A DNA stretch of 64,000 nt from Octopus vulgaris (lineage: Eukaryota): NCBI GenBank assembly GCA_951406725.2, contig OX597819.1, forward strand, positions 48,670,001-48,734,000, read 5' to 3'. The notes under the pieces were generated by a model that saw nothing but the letters and a program-made list of their open reading frames with translations, was not told where the DNA came from and did no database searches. The position numbers were made by a program, and so were the translations under genes. This document shows, one piece after another, positions 41,733 through 55,300 of this stretch (its first letter is position 1; the number at the start of each line of letters is the position of its first letter).

Positions 41733-42179
41733 CAAATATTTCTCTTACAGTTGTTGAACTATAAAGAGAGCATCAGTGCTTTTCCTTGGCACAAAACCAA
41801 ACTGCATCTCATATATATTAACTCTCTTTCCAGTTAACTGGGCTATGACTCTTTCAGTGACTTTCATAACCCAGTCCAGTAATTTGATACCTCTGTAATT
41901 ATTTCTCTCTAAAGCATCTCCTTTACCCTTGTAACAGTTAACTATGATACTGCTACACCAGTCATTGTGTACAATACTCTGCTATGTGACTATCATATTG
42001 TACAGCAAAGTATCATGCTTATGACTAGGCTGAATCCTACTCCACCACATATTTTAAGCATTTCAGAGGTAATTCCTGATGGACCAAAGACTTTCCCAGT
42101 TTTCATAATTTTAATTACTTTATCTATAACACTGCTGCCAACAAGGATGGTTTGATGGACCCTTTATCAAGTTCACATT

Positions 42180-42700
42180 AGAAGACTCAATTTCTCCCAT
42201 TTGTTTCCCACATTTAGTAGCTTTCCATAAAAGCACTTCCATGCCTCTTTCTTTTCTGAATCACTAAGTGCTAGTGTGCCATTATTCTTCAGCACGCACT
42301 TCTTTCCCATAATATCTTGACTTTCTCTGGTACATTGTCTTGCAATCTGGAATACCTCATTCCGTTGGTCCTCTTCTGCTTTTCACCTTTCTAAATAGAC
42401 TTGTCTCCTAGCTTCTCTTCTACCTGATACAGTTCTCTGCTGCTCTCATTCTTCTAAATCTTCTAAGCTTGCTTCTTAGCTTTTATCTCTCTCTCTCTTT
42501 ACTGCCCTGTTCCACCACCACATCACCCTTGGTCTTGCTGGAATTTTGCATCAGCCACTGATTTGGACTATAGCCTTTAGTAGGTTGCCTTGTAAGAACT
42601 TCCAGTTGTCTTCTATATTAAATATCTGCATCTCCTCTTCCTTTTCATTAAATGCTTTAATTAGCGCGTCTCTAAATCTCTGATTGTTTGAAGGTCTTCT
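42180..42700 (-). mobile_element. Decayed RTE-like LINE internal fragment
   Basis: Minus-strand relics such as EDNWKFL and RPRVMWW, typical of the endonuclease-RT tether region. Confidence 0.5.
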
Positions 42701-42869
42701 TCACAGTTTCCTCCTTCCATTCACTCACAGGGCATCTGTTGACCTGGGGCTATAGTAGCAGACATTAATCCAAAGTGATACTCAGTGTTACTGAATCTGA
42801 AAACCCCGCACAGTTGCAAAGCGAACTGCTTAAACAAACAGCCATGCAAGCACCTATATCGTTTGTCAT

Positions 42870-43365
42870 TTACCTTTTAATTGCTTCAGTCATTAGACTA
42901 TGACCATGGTGGAGCAACACCTTGAAGAATTTTGGTCAAATGAATCAACCCCAATACTTACTTATGTTTTTCTTTTTAAATAAGGTACTTATTCTATTGT
43001 TTTTTTTTTTGTTGACCTGCTAAGTTACGGAAATATAAACACACCAGTATCAGTTGTCAAACTGGTGAGAGAGAAACAGACACGAAGAAACAAACACACA
43101 CACACACACACATGCAAACACACACACATGCACACACACACACATGCACATACACATGCATGCACACACACACACACACACACACACAGATACATACACA
43201 TACATGACGGGCTTCTTTCAGTTTCTGTCTACTAAATCCACTCACAAGGCTTTGGTTGGCTTAAGGCTACAGTAGAAGACATTTGCTGAAGATGCCATGC
43301 AGTGGGACTGAACCCAGAACCATGTGGTTGGGAAGCAAGCTTCTTGTCACACAACCACATCTGCA
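42870..43365 (-). mobile_element. CORE-like SINE family A
   Basis: Reverse complement of 1683-2100. Confidence 0.8.
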
Positions 43366-44226
43366 CTTAGTAAAAAGTATAAATATTTTTTAAATACGTT
43401 TTTTGAATTTATGTTCAAAGTACACAATAATATTTGCAATCTACTCTAAAGCACCCTGCAACTTATCTAAAAAAAAAAAGAGGGTGGAAAGTTTAGAAAC
43501 AACTTGTCTAAACAGCACCCTTGACAATTTTATAGGTTTCCAGCTAAGAAATATGGTAGTGAACCTAAATTCTATGAAAGTTACAGCAGAATAGTGAAAA
43601 TACATGTGAAGGTTTTAAAATAATTAGTATATTACTTTATTAACCCTTTTTATCTTTCTTCCTCTCCTTATTTTTGTTTATGGCCTGACAAAAAAAAAAA
43701 AAGAAGAAGAAGAAAAAGAAAAAAAGCACCAAAATCAGGGAAAAGAGGCTTTGATATTTCTAAGAAATTCTTTATTTTGCCAGAAAAATTAAAGAACATA
43801 CACATGCACACATATTCATCAACATACAAACAAGTTATACACATGTACACAAACACACACATACTCATAATGTAAACACATGTGAGCATGCATTCCAGCG
43901 AATATACAATAGTGCACAAGGCTAGAAAAAAAATGTTGGGATTCTCTAAAAAAACAGATGAGAAACTGCCTTGCACCCAACAGATTCAATAAATTATTTA
44001 AACAGTGTGAATTTCGGTAAAACATTCCCAGGCTTTACCATTTGAATCTACTTAAGGGGTATATACGCACACACAAGCATGCGTTGGAGTCACACACCGT
44101 GGGAATTGAAACAGAGCGTGCTGAACACTACAATAAAATAAACTTCAACATTGTTATAAAAAAAATAAATACCATATGTTTAACTAAGAATCCAAGACTA
44201 TTCTATGTTAGTGCAGAAAACAGGAA

Positions 44227-44279
<53 letters not shown>

Positions 44280-44355
44280 GTATGTATGTGTATATATATG
44301 TATGTATGTGTATCTATATGTATATATATATATATGTATCTGTATATATATGTAT

Positions 44356-44395
<40 letters not shown>

Positions 44396-44554
44396 ATAGA
44401 TATATGTATATATGTGTGTGTGTGTGTGCCTATTTTGTGTGTACTAAGTAGCATACCTCATGTACATGGTACAAGCATGTATGCTTGTATGTATGTATGA
44501 GTGTATGTATGTATGCATGCAGGTATGTATGTATATGTATATATGTATATAGGC

Positions 44555-44640
<86 letters not shown>

Positions 44641-45264
44641 GTGTATGTATGTATGTATGTATGTATGTATGTATGTATGTATGTATGTATAGGAAGATGC
44701 AATTTGGATGTGTATGTATATGTGTGCAATGCATATTTTTTCCTTATATGTCCATGTATTTACTTCATTATCATAGCCCCCATCCCCATCATCATCATCA
44801 TTATCATTAGCAGCAGCAGCACCATTTTTTTGCATCTATTTTCTTCCCATGCTGGCATGGCTCGGACAGGTCTCACCGTGTCTTGGTCAATGTCAAAGGC
44901 AGAGAATATCAACTAGTTTTGCTGTTGTCTATGCCTTACAGGTTGTACTGGTTGCAGTTTATTGCTCTTCCATAACTACAACAGTATTTCTCTTGTGTCT
45001 TTCATATGTGCTGTGAATATTGTAGAAGTGTACTTTATAGTTTCTTGGAAATTTTTCTCTTCTCCATGTGTTAGTGCTGTTGTTTAACCTCAGATCTGTT
45101 CAGCACTCCAGGTGAACAGATCTGTAGTTAAAGACATTCCAGTCGTGACCATCCTGTTGTTTTGTATAGTGTTCAATGTGTCCTTTGTTTTTGAAGATAG
45201 CAAGCTGATTTAATTTGAACAGGATTTGGCTGCCAGTTCTAGCAAACTAGGTGACCATGTAGAG

Positions 45265-45612
45265 CAGGGGTTCTCAACCATTTTGTATGTATGGACCCCT
45301 TTGATTACTATTTTATTCTGATGGACTCCCATGGCCATTTGATGTTTAAAAACTAGTTTTATAGAAACTTCTTTCAAAATTCCTATTTTGTTTGTCACTC
45401 ATTGAATTGTGAAGGTTGAACTATGTAAAATGTTAGAGAATGACACCTCACTATTTCTTGCAGTACATACTAACATATGCATTTAAAATAAAAGTTTTTC
45501 AGAGGCCCTTAAAATAGTATTGCAGATACCCAATTTATAATTTCTTTGTGTAGACCCCTAAAATGTTATAAGGACCCTCAAGGGCCAAATGGACCCCAGT
45601 TGAGAACCACTG
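45265..45612. mobile_element. hAT-type MITE
   Basis: TIRs CAGGGGTTCTCAAC / GTTGAGAACCACTG, perfect 8-bp TSD ATGTAGAG. Confidence 0.92.
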
Positions 45613-46039
45613 ATGTAGAGGCTCCATCATTGATAGTTGTATTTTAACCCTCACCCCATCCCCGAGGCCAAGTCTATGATCAAAGGTATTCTAGCCATCA
45701 CCATTCCACCTCTTTTTTTAGGGGTATGCAGCATTACATCATCTAATGTATCCTGTCTTAATGTAAACTAGCAGGGTATGAATCTATGAGAGATTTAGCT
45801 ACTGTTTTTGGCAGGTTGAACTGAGTAAGAATTAGCAAAGTAGTTAGTGAGGAATCAGGGAGGAGGGATGCACAGTGTGAGAGATAAGAGGAGAAGAAAC
45901 AACTGATTTCTTGGGTATGCTTCGGTTGAAGGAATATACAACTAGTTAGCTGCAAGTAGCAGAGGCCATTGTAGCAGCTACAGAGTGATAGGTTACTTCA
46001 GGGCTCATTTTTGTTTTTGCACCTTATTGATTTTGCTGT

Positions 46040-46460
46040 TATTTCTTATTTCTTTATTGCCCACAAGGGGCTAAACATAGAGGGGACAGACAAGGACAGA
46101 GAAAGGGATTAAGTCAATTACATCGACCCAGTGCGTAACTGGTACTTAATTTATCGACCCTGAAAGGATGACAGGCAAAGTTGACCTCGGCAAAATTTGA
46201 ACTCAGAATGCAATGGCAGATGAAATACCTATTTCTTTACTACCCACAAGGGGCTAAACACAGAGAGGACAAACAAGGAGAGACAAATGGATTAAGTCGA
46301 TTATATCGACCCCAGTGCGTAACTGGTACTTATTTAATCGACCCTGAAAGGATGAAAGGCAAAGTTGACCTTGGTGGAATTTGAACTCAGAACGTAGCAG
46401 CAGACGAAATACCGCTAAGCATTTCGCCTGGCGTGCTAACGTTTCTGCCAGCTTGCTGCC
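46040..46460 (-). mobile_element. Tandem dimer of SINE family C
   Basis: Two head-to-tail units (46045-46228 truncated, 46229-46460). TTTTGCTGTTATTTCT is repeated on both flanks as a TSD. Confidence 0.85.
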
Positions 46461-46799
46461 TTTTGCTGTTATTTCTGGCTGATTGGTTACTTTGCAATCA
46501 TCAGGAGCAGCTGAACACTTGTGGAAGTATGGCAGATTGAATGTTACAAATATAAAAAAAAGAAAATGGTAGTGATGAAAACTGAGTATTATAGTGTGTG
46601 TGTGTGTGTGTGTGTGTAAATGCAAATAACTTGGAAAATTGATTATTATATCCAGTAGAATTTCCTTGTTACATAATTATATATTTATGATGATACGTGA
46701 GGATTATTGAAACAGTTGTAGAAGATGAATATTTGAAGTAACAGTGACTTCCGCTTTTTAAGCGTGTGTGTGTGTATGTGTGTGTGTACTGTCCAATCT

Positions 46800-47120
46800 A
46801 CTTCTGCCACTTCCACTACATCTTGACGCCCTCTAATTTCTCTCTCACTCTTTTCTCTATTGTTTCTGTCTATTGCTTATGCCAATTATATGATTGGATG
46901 CTATGGAACCCACCTACATTTTATCCTCCTACCACCATCCTCATCAATCTACTTCTCTTTCCCATCACAAAATTTATATATTAAAGACTGCTTTGAATAT
47001 GTTGTACTCAATCGACACAACCTTTACCCTTTTCTAGACTGCCAGTCATCACTCTCTCTCTCTCAACCCAACCACCCTATTTCTGCCATCATGCCCTTGC
47101 TTCTTTCACCTACAGCATCC
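46800..47120 (+). pseudogene. Possible highly decayed Penelope-like RT fragment
   Basis: SIAYANYMIG resembles (A)PxYANLFMG and LYIKDCF resembles RYIDDCF, in order and in one frame. Confidence 0.35.
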
Positions 47121-47179
47121 TGGCACTTTTCTTGTCATCACCCTCTTTTCTATCATTTCCTTACTCTCTTTTACTCTTT

Positions 47180-47560
47180 AAAGACCCCAGGACTTATTCT
47201 TTGTAAGCCTAGTACATATTCTATCAGTCTCTTTTGCCAAACCACTAAGTGATGGGGACGTAAACACACCAACATCGGTTGTCAAGCGATGTTGGGGGAA
47301 AACACAGAAACACAAACACACACACACACACACATACGCACACTCACACACACACACATACACACACACACATACACACACACATATATATGTACATATA
47401 TACGACGGACTTCTTTCAGTTTCCGTCTACCAAATCCACTCACAAGGCTTTGGTTGGCCCGAGGCTACAGTAGAAGACACTTGCCCAAGGTGCCATGCAG
47501 TGGGACTGAACCCAGAACCATGTGGTTGGTAAGCAAGCTACTTACCACACAGCCACTCCT
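47180..47560 (-). mobile_element. CORE-like SINE family A
   Basis: Reverse complement of 1683-2100. Confidence 0.85.
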
Positions 47561-48503
47561 GCACCATGTGCATGTATGTATGTATTTATGTATGTATATG
47601 TACATACACTCTGTAAAGTGGTTGGAATTAGGAAGTGCATCCAGCCATAGAAACTATGCCAAAGGAAATATTAGGACTTGATGCAGTTCACCAACCAATG
47701 CCAGCATGGAAGGCTGATGTAAAATGATGAGGATGGTTATAACAATGAAGATGATGATGATGATGATTACAATGATGATAATATATTCAATGTTGATGCA
47801 TGTGTTCAGAATGGATGCATCACTTGTTACTAATTTTATAGGTATGTCATCATGATCTGTAATTTGGATGATATTCAATGATGTTAATACTTTTTTTCTT
47901 CTTCCTATCCACCTCTTTTAACTTCTATCTTTTCTAAAAACCTAAGCCTTTTGTTTTGTTGGTTTTTTAAAAAAATATTTTGCTGTTTTTCTTTTTTCTG
48001 ATATATTAGCATACAAGTGTTTATAGTGCACACGATGTAGGATGTAGTAGGCTAACAAGTTAAGGTGCTATATTAGTGAAGAGTACATTCAATTTAGTGC
48101 ACCTGTGTTTCTCTAACTACCAGATCATTTAATTCCATTGATTATTTTGGAAAATCCTTTTACAATTTTGTTTTATTTCCCTTTGAAGAATATCAAATGT
48201 TTTATTTTAAGTTGTGGCTGTTTGTAATTTTGTTAATTTTCTTTTATAAATTTGTGTTTTGTTTTATTTTATCAATGTTATTTGATTTTTTTGTTATTGA
48301 GGAGGGGTTAGCTTAAACTTTTGTAATATTGATTTCGAAAATTTGTGAAGGAGAATGAGTAATTAGTAGTTTGGATCAGCCTCAGTATATAACAGGTACT
48401 TGTACAAGTCATTAAAGGAGCTGTTAAATGATGCCTTGACTATTTATTTTATATCCTTGCATTTTGGATATATCATTTAATGAAGAAGTGGGGATAGAAA
48501 GTA

Positions 48504-50184
48504 CAGGGTGTTCAATCAGTCTCTCCGCAGCAAGTATTTTATTGCAGAATAAATATTTATAAAATGGTATAAGACTACAAAAGAATATATTGAACTTTAC
48601 AAGATTTAAAAAAAACTTTATAAGAGGTGTTGAAAGTGTCGTCCTTAATTTTCACTACGTAAGTTGACTCTTCTACACATGTTTTGAAATACATCTTGGA
48701 GAATCTGACATGGTATGGACCATGTGAAGGTTATGATTTCTCCCTTTTTTTTTAGCTCATTAATGTTTTTCAGGCGATTCTTGTACACTGATCCTTTACT
48801 TGCTCCCCAGAAAAAAAAGTCTGGCGGTGTTAAATCAGGTGATCTTGGTGGCCAAAGTCCCTTTGAAATAATCTGTTCACTGAAAAACACTTGATGTTGT
48901 GCTATGTTGATGTGCAAAGTATGTGCTGTAGCTCCATCTTGCTGAAAGTATGCATTATTAATTTCACTTTCAATGAGTTGGCCTACAAATGGATAGACAA
49001 TATTTGAGCAATATCTCTCAGTGTTGATGGTGTCTTCAAAAAATATCAGTCCCACAATATCCATACTCCAGCTTTTTCAGGATGCAGAGGCTGCTCATGC
49101 ATTGCATGTGGATTCTTAGTGCTCCATAACCTTGTGTTTTGTGAATTTATGTGTCCTGACAGATGAAACCAAGCCTCATCAGTGTAAAAACACCCATCCA
49201 GCACTTCTATGCCTTTTTTGGCAACAAAGTTTTGGAACCAATGACAATAATGAAACCTTTTAGTATGATCTGTAGTCTTCAATTCTTGAATGGCCAGCAC
49301 TTTGTATGGAAAGAAATTTAATTTCTGTTTTACTGCTGTGTGAGCACTTCCTAGGCTGATTTCCACTTCCTGTGACAATTTGTGTAAGGACTTTGATGGG
49401 CTTGCCGACAGTTTATCAGAAATATTGGAGAGTTTCGGCATCCGGAGGTTGGCAACAAGTTTTTATATAGGCACAGGAGTGGCTGTGTGGTAAGTAGCTT
49501 GCTTACCAACCACATAGTTCCGGGTTCAGTCCCACTGTGTGGCATCTTGGGCAAGTGTCTTCTGCTATAGCCTCGGGCCAACCAATGCCTTGTGAGTGGA
49601 TTTGGTAGACGGAAACTGAAAGAAGCCTGTCGTATATATGTATATATATATATATATGTATGTGTGTGTATATGTTTGTGTGTCTGTGTTTGTCCCCCCA
49701 ACATCGCTTGACAACTGATGCTGGTGTGTTTACGTCCCCATCACTTAGTGGTTCGGCAAAAGAGACCGATATAATAAGTACTGGGCGTACAAAGAATAAG
49801 TCCCGGGGTCGATTTGCTCAACTAAAGGCGGTGCTCCAGCATGGCCGCAGTCAAATGACTGAAACAAGTAAAAAGAGAAAAAAAGAGAGAGTGTGTTTCT
49901 AACTTTTCTTATCAAATCCCACACAGTGTCATGATGTGGGAACAACAGTATTTGGAAAAGTTTCACTGAACTTCTGTTTCATAGCATCTGTGTATTTGTT
50001 TCCAGCTCGAAATAGCCGTTCAACTAAAAACGTATGTTCTTCAATGGTTAGCGTGTCGACACGCTGAAAGGTACACAACGACTGAGGAACAATGGCTGAC
50101 ACCCAGCCACCAATGCAGTGATAGCCAAGTTGCGCATGCGCAGGATGAAAAATTTCACTGTGGAGAGACTTTTTGAACACCCTG
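48504..50184 (-). mobile_element. Tc1/mariner transposon (rosa/maT-like DDD transposase), broken and SINE-interrupted
   Basis: TA|CAGGGTGTTCAA..AGTCTCTCC TIRs at both ends. Motifs TIEEHTFLVE, TDEAWFHLSG, NSQNTRLW, FQQDGATAH, WPPRSPDLTPPDFFFWG. Confidence 0.93.
49470..49890 (+). mobile_element. Young full-length SINE family A inserted in the transposase
   Basis: Very similar to 1683-2100. Splits the transposase ORF. Confidence 0.9.
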
Positions 50185-51084
50185 TATTTACACAATGCAC
50201 TACTATTAATATTACACGAGACTCAACACTCAGTCACGACTCACAGTGAAGTGCTTACCAACCCAAACTGCTGACGATTCGACAGTTGTCTATCTAATAG
50301 AAATGTCTCAATCCATTTTTAGTCACATGGGGGTGGTCAGAATTCTTCCACAACAATTTAGAAATAACAGCCAAAGTTCTGTTTGATCAGAGCTGACAGG
50401 GGGTCAAATGATAATAGGCACTTTTATTCTTTAGAACAATCTGCTTCCATGGGAATCAAGTAAAATTTGTCTCTTCCAAGATTTGAACTCAGAACATTAA
50501 ATAGTGTAAATAAATGCCAGAAGACATTTAGCTTAGTACTATTCTTTCTGCTACTCACAATTTTCTCTTTTAACCTTCCTATTATAGGTAAGGTGGCAAG
50601 CTGGAAGATTTGTTAGCATGCTGGGCAAAATGCTTAGCAGCATTTCGTCCATCTACATGTTCTGAGTTCAAATTCTGCCGAGGTTAACTTTGCCTTTCAT
50701 CTTGCCCGGGTTGATAAAATAAGTACCAGTTGAGCACTGGGGCCGATGTAATCAACAAAATTGTTGGCCTTGTGCCAAAATTTGAAACCTTTCTAATATA
50801 TGTGACTGAGTGGTAGAATTGTTGGAGTATTGGATAAATGCCTTGCAGTATTTGTTTTGGCCCTTTGTACTCTAAGTTCAAATCCTACAAAAGTCAACCT
50901 TGTCTTTCAACTTTCCGAGATTGACAATAGATAAAGTAACATGCTAGTGAAGTTTGGATTGGATTGGATTGCCATGTTCAGTCCAGGTCAGGATGAGGAT
51001 ATCAGCATGTTCTCTCCACCAACTATGGTCCTATTTGCAGGCTGTGAATTTGAGCATGAGAACATACTGGTTTGATGAGCCTAT

Positions 51085-51310
51085 TCTTATTTCTTTATTG
51101 CCCACAAGGGGCTAAACATAGAGGGGACAGACAAAGGGATTAAGTCAATTACATCGACCCCAGTGCGTAACTGGTACTTAATTTATTGACCCTGAAAGGA
51201 TGAAAGGCAAAGTTGGCCTCGGTAGAATTTTGAACTCAGAACCTAGAGACGGGCGAAATACTGCTAAGCATTTCGCCCGGCATGCTAATGTTTCTGCTAG
51301 CTCGCCACCT
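51085..51310 (-). mobile_element. SINE family C
   Basis: Flanked by TSD TTTGATGAGCCTATTCT. Confidence 0.85.
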
Positions 51311-52584
51311 TTGATGAGCCTATTCTACCACACTGGCTTGATATGGTTTGCAGAAGGGTGTGATTTTTATACTCATACCCAGGAGTAGTTAAATTGATTA
51401 AATCAACCCCAGTGCTCAGCTGGTACTTGTCTTATCAACTGTGAAAGGATGAAAGGCAAAGCTGACTTCGATGGAATTTGAAATCAGAATGTGTGACGGA
51501 TCTGAGTTCAAATTCTGCTAAGCATTTTGCCTGCTGTGCTAATGATTCTGCCAGCTTGCCAATCAAATTAATTTGGATTAATTTGTCCCTCCATCTCTCT
51601 CTGTTTCAGAATCAGTTGCGCTGTTTTCTTGGAAGATTGTCGTCAACCTATTCTCTTGCATCTTTTTCCTCAAAGACAAAGACTTCTACTTCATTGCTAT
51701 GGAAGAATATGGTCAGTGAGGCTCTGACAGGAAATGGTACATATAGTGTTGTTCTTGGCTCTTTTAACTTTGGTCATTCACGCTGAAGCTTTTACTCTTC
51801 TGTAAGGTAACAACTGAAGAAGCCTGTTTCTAATCTTAATCTTTTATTAGCGATTCTGGTTTTATCTCTTATTTCAATTATTAGACTGTGGTCATGCTGG
51901 AGCACCAACTTGGAGAATTTTTAGTTGAATGAATCAACTTACATTTTTTAAAACCTGGTACTTATTCTATCAATCTCTTGTGCTGAACTGCGAAGTTACA
52001 AGGATGTAAATACACCAACATCTGTTGTCAAGCAGTGGTGGACACACACACACACACATACCACAGGATTCTTTCAGTTTCTGTCTACCAAATCCTCTCA
52101 CAAGGCTTTGGTCAGCCTGAGGTGCCATGCAGTGGGACTGAACCCAGAACCGTATGGTTGGGAAGCAAGCTTCTTACTACACAGCCACACCTGTGCCTAT
52201 ATATTTTGTAAAGTTGTGAGTTGGGTTCCTGATGAATCAGTGCATCCTTGAGCAAGACACTTTATTTCACATTGCTACAGTCAACTCAACTGGTAAAAAT
52301 GAGTTGTACCTGTGATTCAAAGAGTAAACCTTGTCCCATTCTGTGTTATGCTGAATTTTCCTGAGAACTCCGTTTAGGGTTTGTGTGTCTGTGGAGTACT
52401 CAGCCACTTGCACATTAATTTCATGAGCAGGCTGTATGGTTAATTGGATCAACTAGAGTCCTTGCCATTGTGACCTACAGAGTGCCACTCGTGTCAGGTA
52501 ATAGTTGAGGAATGAAGCATTTTCTATCATCTTTGAGATGTAGTTTTTGCTATGTTTAGGATATATGTTCACCAGGTGAGATCT

Positions 52585-52820
52585 TGTACTTATTTCTTTA
52601 TTGCCCACAAGGGGCTAAACACAGAGGGGACAAACAAGGACAGACAAAGGGATTAAGTCGATTACATCGACCCCAGTGCATAAATGGTACTTAATTTATT
52701 GACCCGCAAAGATGAAAGGCAAAGTTGACCTTGGCGGAATTTGAACTCAGAACATAACGGCAGACGAAATATGGCTACGCATTTCACCCGGCGTGCTAAC
52801 GTTTCTGCCAGCTTGCCGCT
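52585..52820 (-). mobile_element. SINE family C
   Basis: Reverse complement of 37405-37642. Confidence 0.85.
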
Positions 52821-53329
52821 TTATTGTCATCACTACTGTGTCGAGCTCCAATCTCAGCTTTGGTATGGTTTTTATGTCTTATGTCTGTTTTCAATGCCGA
52901 TATGAATTGGATGAGTTTTTAGAGCTTGTGTTTTCTGTCCTGATGGTTTTTCTTTTGCTAATACTTTTAACTGACCCTTATAGCACACAAAGATCCAATG
53001 TACCTATTGTACAATTCACGTGGTATAATTATGTTTTAACATCTATGGAATATTTCTTTTGTAGTTTTAGCATGTTTCAGGAATGTCTTCTATTAAGGAA
53101 AACATTCTTTCATTATATGATCTATTGCTAATAACTTACTTGATACTGCAGTAATACTAATTAACTTGTTATAATTATTACCTGATCATTTATATATTTA
53201 TATTTATATTTACCTGATATACATGTGTGTGTGTGCATGCATGCGTGTGTGCGCGTGCGTGTGTATATATGTATATATATGTGTGTGTGTTTATATATAT
53301 ATATATATATACGTGTGTGTGTGTATCTT

Positions 53330-53360
<31 letters not shown>

Positions 53361-53411
53361 GTATATATATACGTACGTATGTGTGTGTGTTTATATATAT
53401 ATATATATATC

Positions 53412-53912
53412 TCATCATCATTATTTCATGTCTGTTTTCCATGCTGGAATAGGTTGGGTGGTTGGGCCAGGGCTGGCATGCTGGAAGGCTGCATCAGACT
53501 CCAGTCTGATTTGGCATGGTTTTCTAAGGTTGGATGCCCTTCCTAATGCCAACCACTCCAAGAGTGTAATGGATGCCACCAGCACGGGTGCCATTTACGT
53601 GACATCAGGGTGCTTTTATGTGCCACCGGCACAGGTGCTAATTTGCGTGACATGACTGCAATTTTGCACAACATAATGCCAAGGGTCTCGGTCATTGGCT
53701 CCATGAGGCACATACTCCAAAGGAACTCAGCCACTTTGCCTCCGTGAGGCCCAACACTCGAAAGGTGTTCTTTACATGCCATCAGCACGGGTGCACTTGG
53801 CTTCACAGGTCCTCTCAAGCACAGCACATTGCTAGAGGTCTTAGTCATTAGTCATTGCCTCTGTGTGGCTCAAAATTCCAAGATCATGCTTCACTTCCTT
53901 GTTCCATGTCCA
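53412..53912 (-). mobile_element. RTE 3' end with internally duplicated ORF tail
   Basis: Tail family plus two GGTCTY(A/G)GTCATT..GAGGC segments homologous to 15740-15810. Confidence 0.65.
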
Positions 53913-54277
53913 TATATATATCTTTTATTTGTTTCAGTCATTAGACTGCAGCCATGCTGTGGCACTGTCTTAAAGACTTTTAGCTGAATGAATCAACACC
54001 AGTGTTTATTATTTTTTTTGTAAAGCCTGATACTTATTCTATTGGTCTTTTTTGCTGAACTGTTAAGTTATGGGGACGTAAATGTACCAACACTCGTTGT
54101 CAGATGGTGATGGGGTACAAATACAGACACAGACAGACAGGCAGACACACACACTTGCACACACACACACACAAACATACACACACACACACAAACACAC
54201 AAACTCCCACATATATGTATGTGTATCTATCTATCTATATATCTATGTCTCTCTGTCTCTGTCTGTCTGTCTGTCTC

Positions 54278-54340
<63 letters not shown>

Positions 54341-55018
54341 TTCAACCACAGTAGTAGTTGAATAATATTCTTAAGGCCACAATTTACTCACACACAGTGT
54401 CTTTCAGAGCTTGTTGCTAATTCAGTTCTTAACCAAATTGAAAACTGTTAACACTTTTGAAGAGGACTGGTCCCTAGTTACATTTTGGCATAAAAAATTG
54501 AGAATTGATCCAGTAGAAAAAAAGTTTATAGCTACATTATAGGAGAGTAAGTAACGCCACCAATCAAGTTTAGATCTGAATAACTTTTTTATTTTAAAAG
54601 CAAAATATATTTATCTTAGCTTCAATGATAGAAGAAAACATAAGGAATTTCATAGTTTTGATCCCATACAGCAAAAATTTGTATTAAAAAAGTTATGCGG
54701 TAAAATATAAAAATTATAAAGCGAAAAATTGGATTTAAGTATAATTAACTTTTTTATTTTAAAACAAACAACATTTTAATTAAGCTTAAATGATGGAGCT
54801 GAATTCAAGGAATTCTTAGACTGGGTGATGTGTTGTGCTCTTGAGCAAAATACTTCATTTCATGTTACTCTGTTACTCCAGCCCACTCAACAGGAAAAGA
54901 ATTAGTAGTCCTGTAATGGACTGGTGTCCCACACAGTGGGAGAATACATACATCACAGAATTCAGGAAACTGACCTTATGAGCTAGAAATCTTGAAATAA
55001 AACATATAATAGCATATA

Positions 55019-55072
<54 letters not shown>

Positions 55073-55073
<1 letters not shown>

Positions 55074-55300
55074 TTTATTTAAAGCAGCAGAAAATTCAAC
55101 AAAACCTGTTACTCTGAGTTTCATGTTCCTGTTCGTCGGACAGTTTTTGCTAGAATGTCCGACAAACGGGAACGTGAAACTCAGAGTAACAGGTTTTGTT
55201 GAATTTTCTGCTGCTTTAAATAAAGCATATTACTCTACCACTGGTATTTGAGTACTCTTTTTTCCACCTAGTTTCACATTTATGTGTTTACTCCGGTATA
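55073..55300. mobile_element. Penelope-like inverted terminal repeat: 70-bp-arm hairpin with a hammerhead in each arm
   Basis: Arms 55073-55142 and 55156-55225 differ at 3 positions, with a 13-nt loop. The right arm continues as unpaired sequence. Confidence 0.7.
55156..55192 (+). ncRNA. Minimal type I hammerhead ribozyme variant (mirror copy on - strand at about 55106-55143)
   Basis: TGT-CCGAC(G/A)A-ACG GGAA CGT-GAA-ACTC A GAGT-A-ACA. Confidence 0.6.

Noticed and set aside
52984-53022. 39-nt exon candidate
   Set aside because: Weak GTATAA donor, no recognisable peptide, and it cannot be distinguished from chance.
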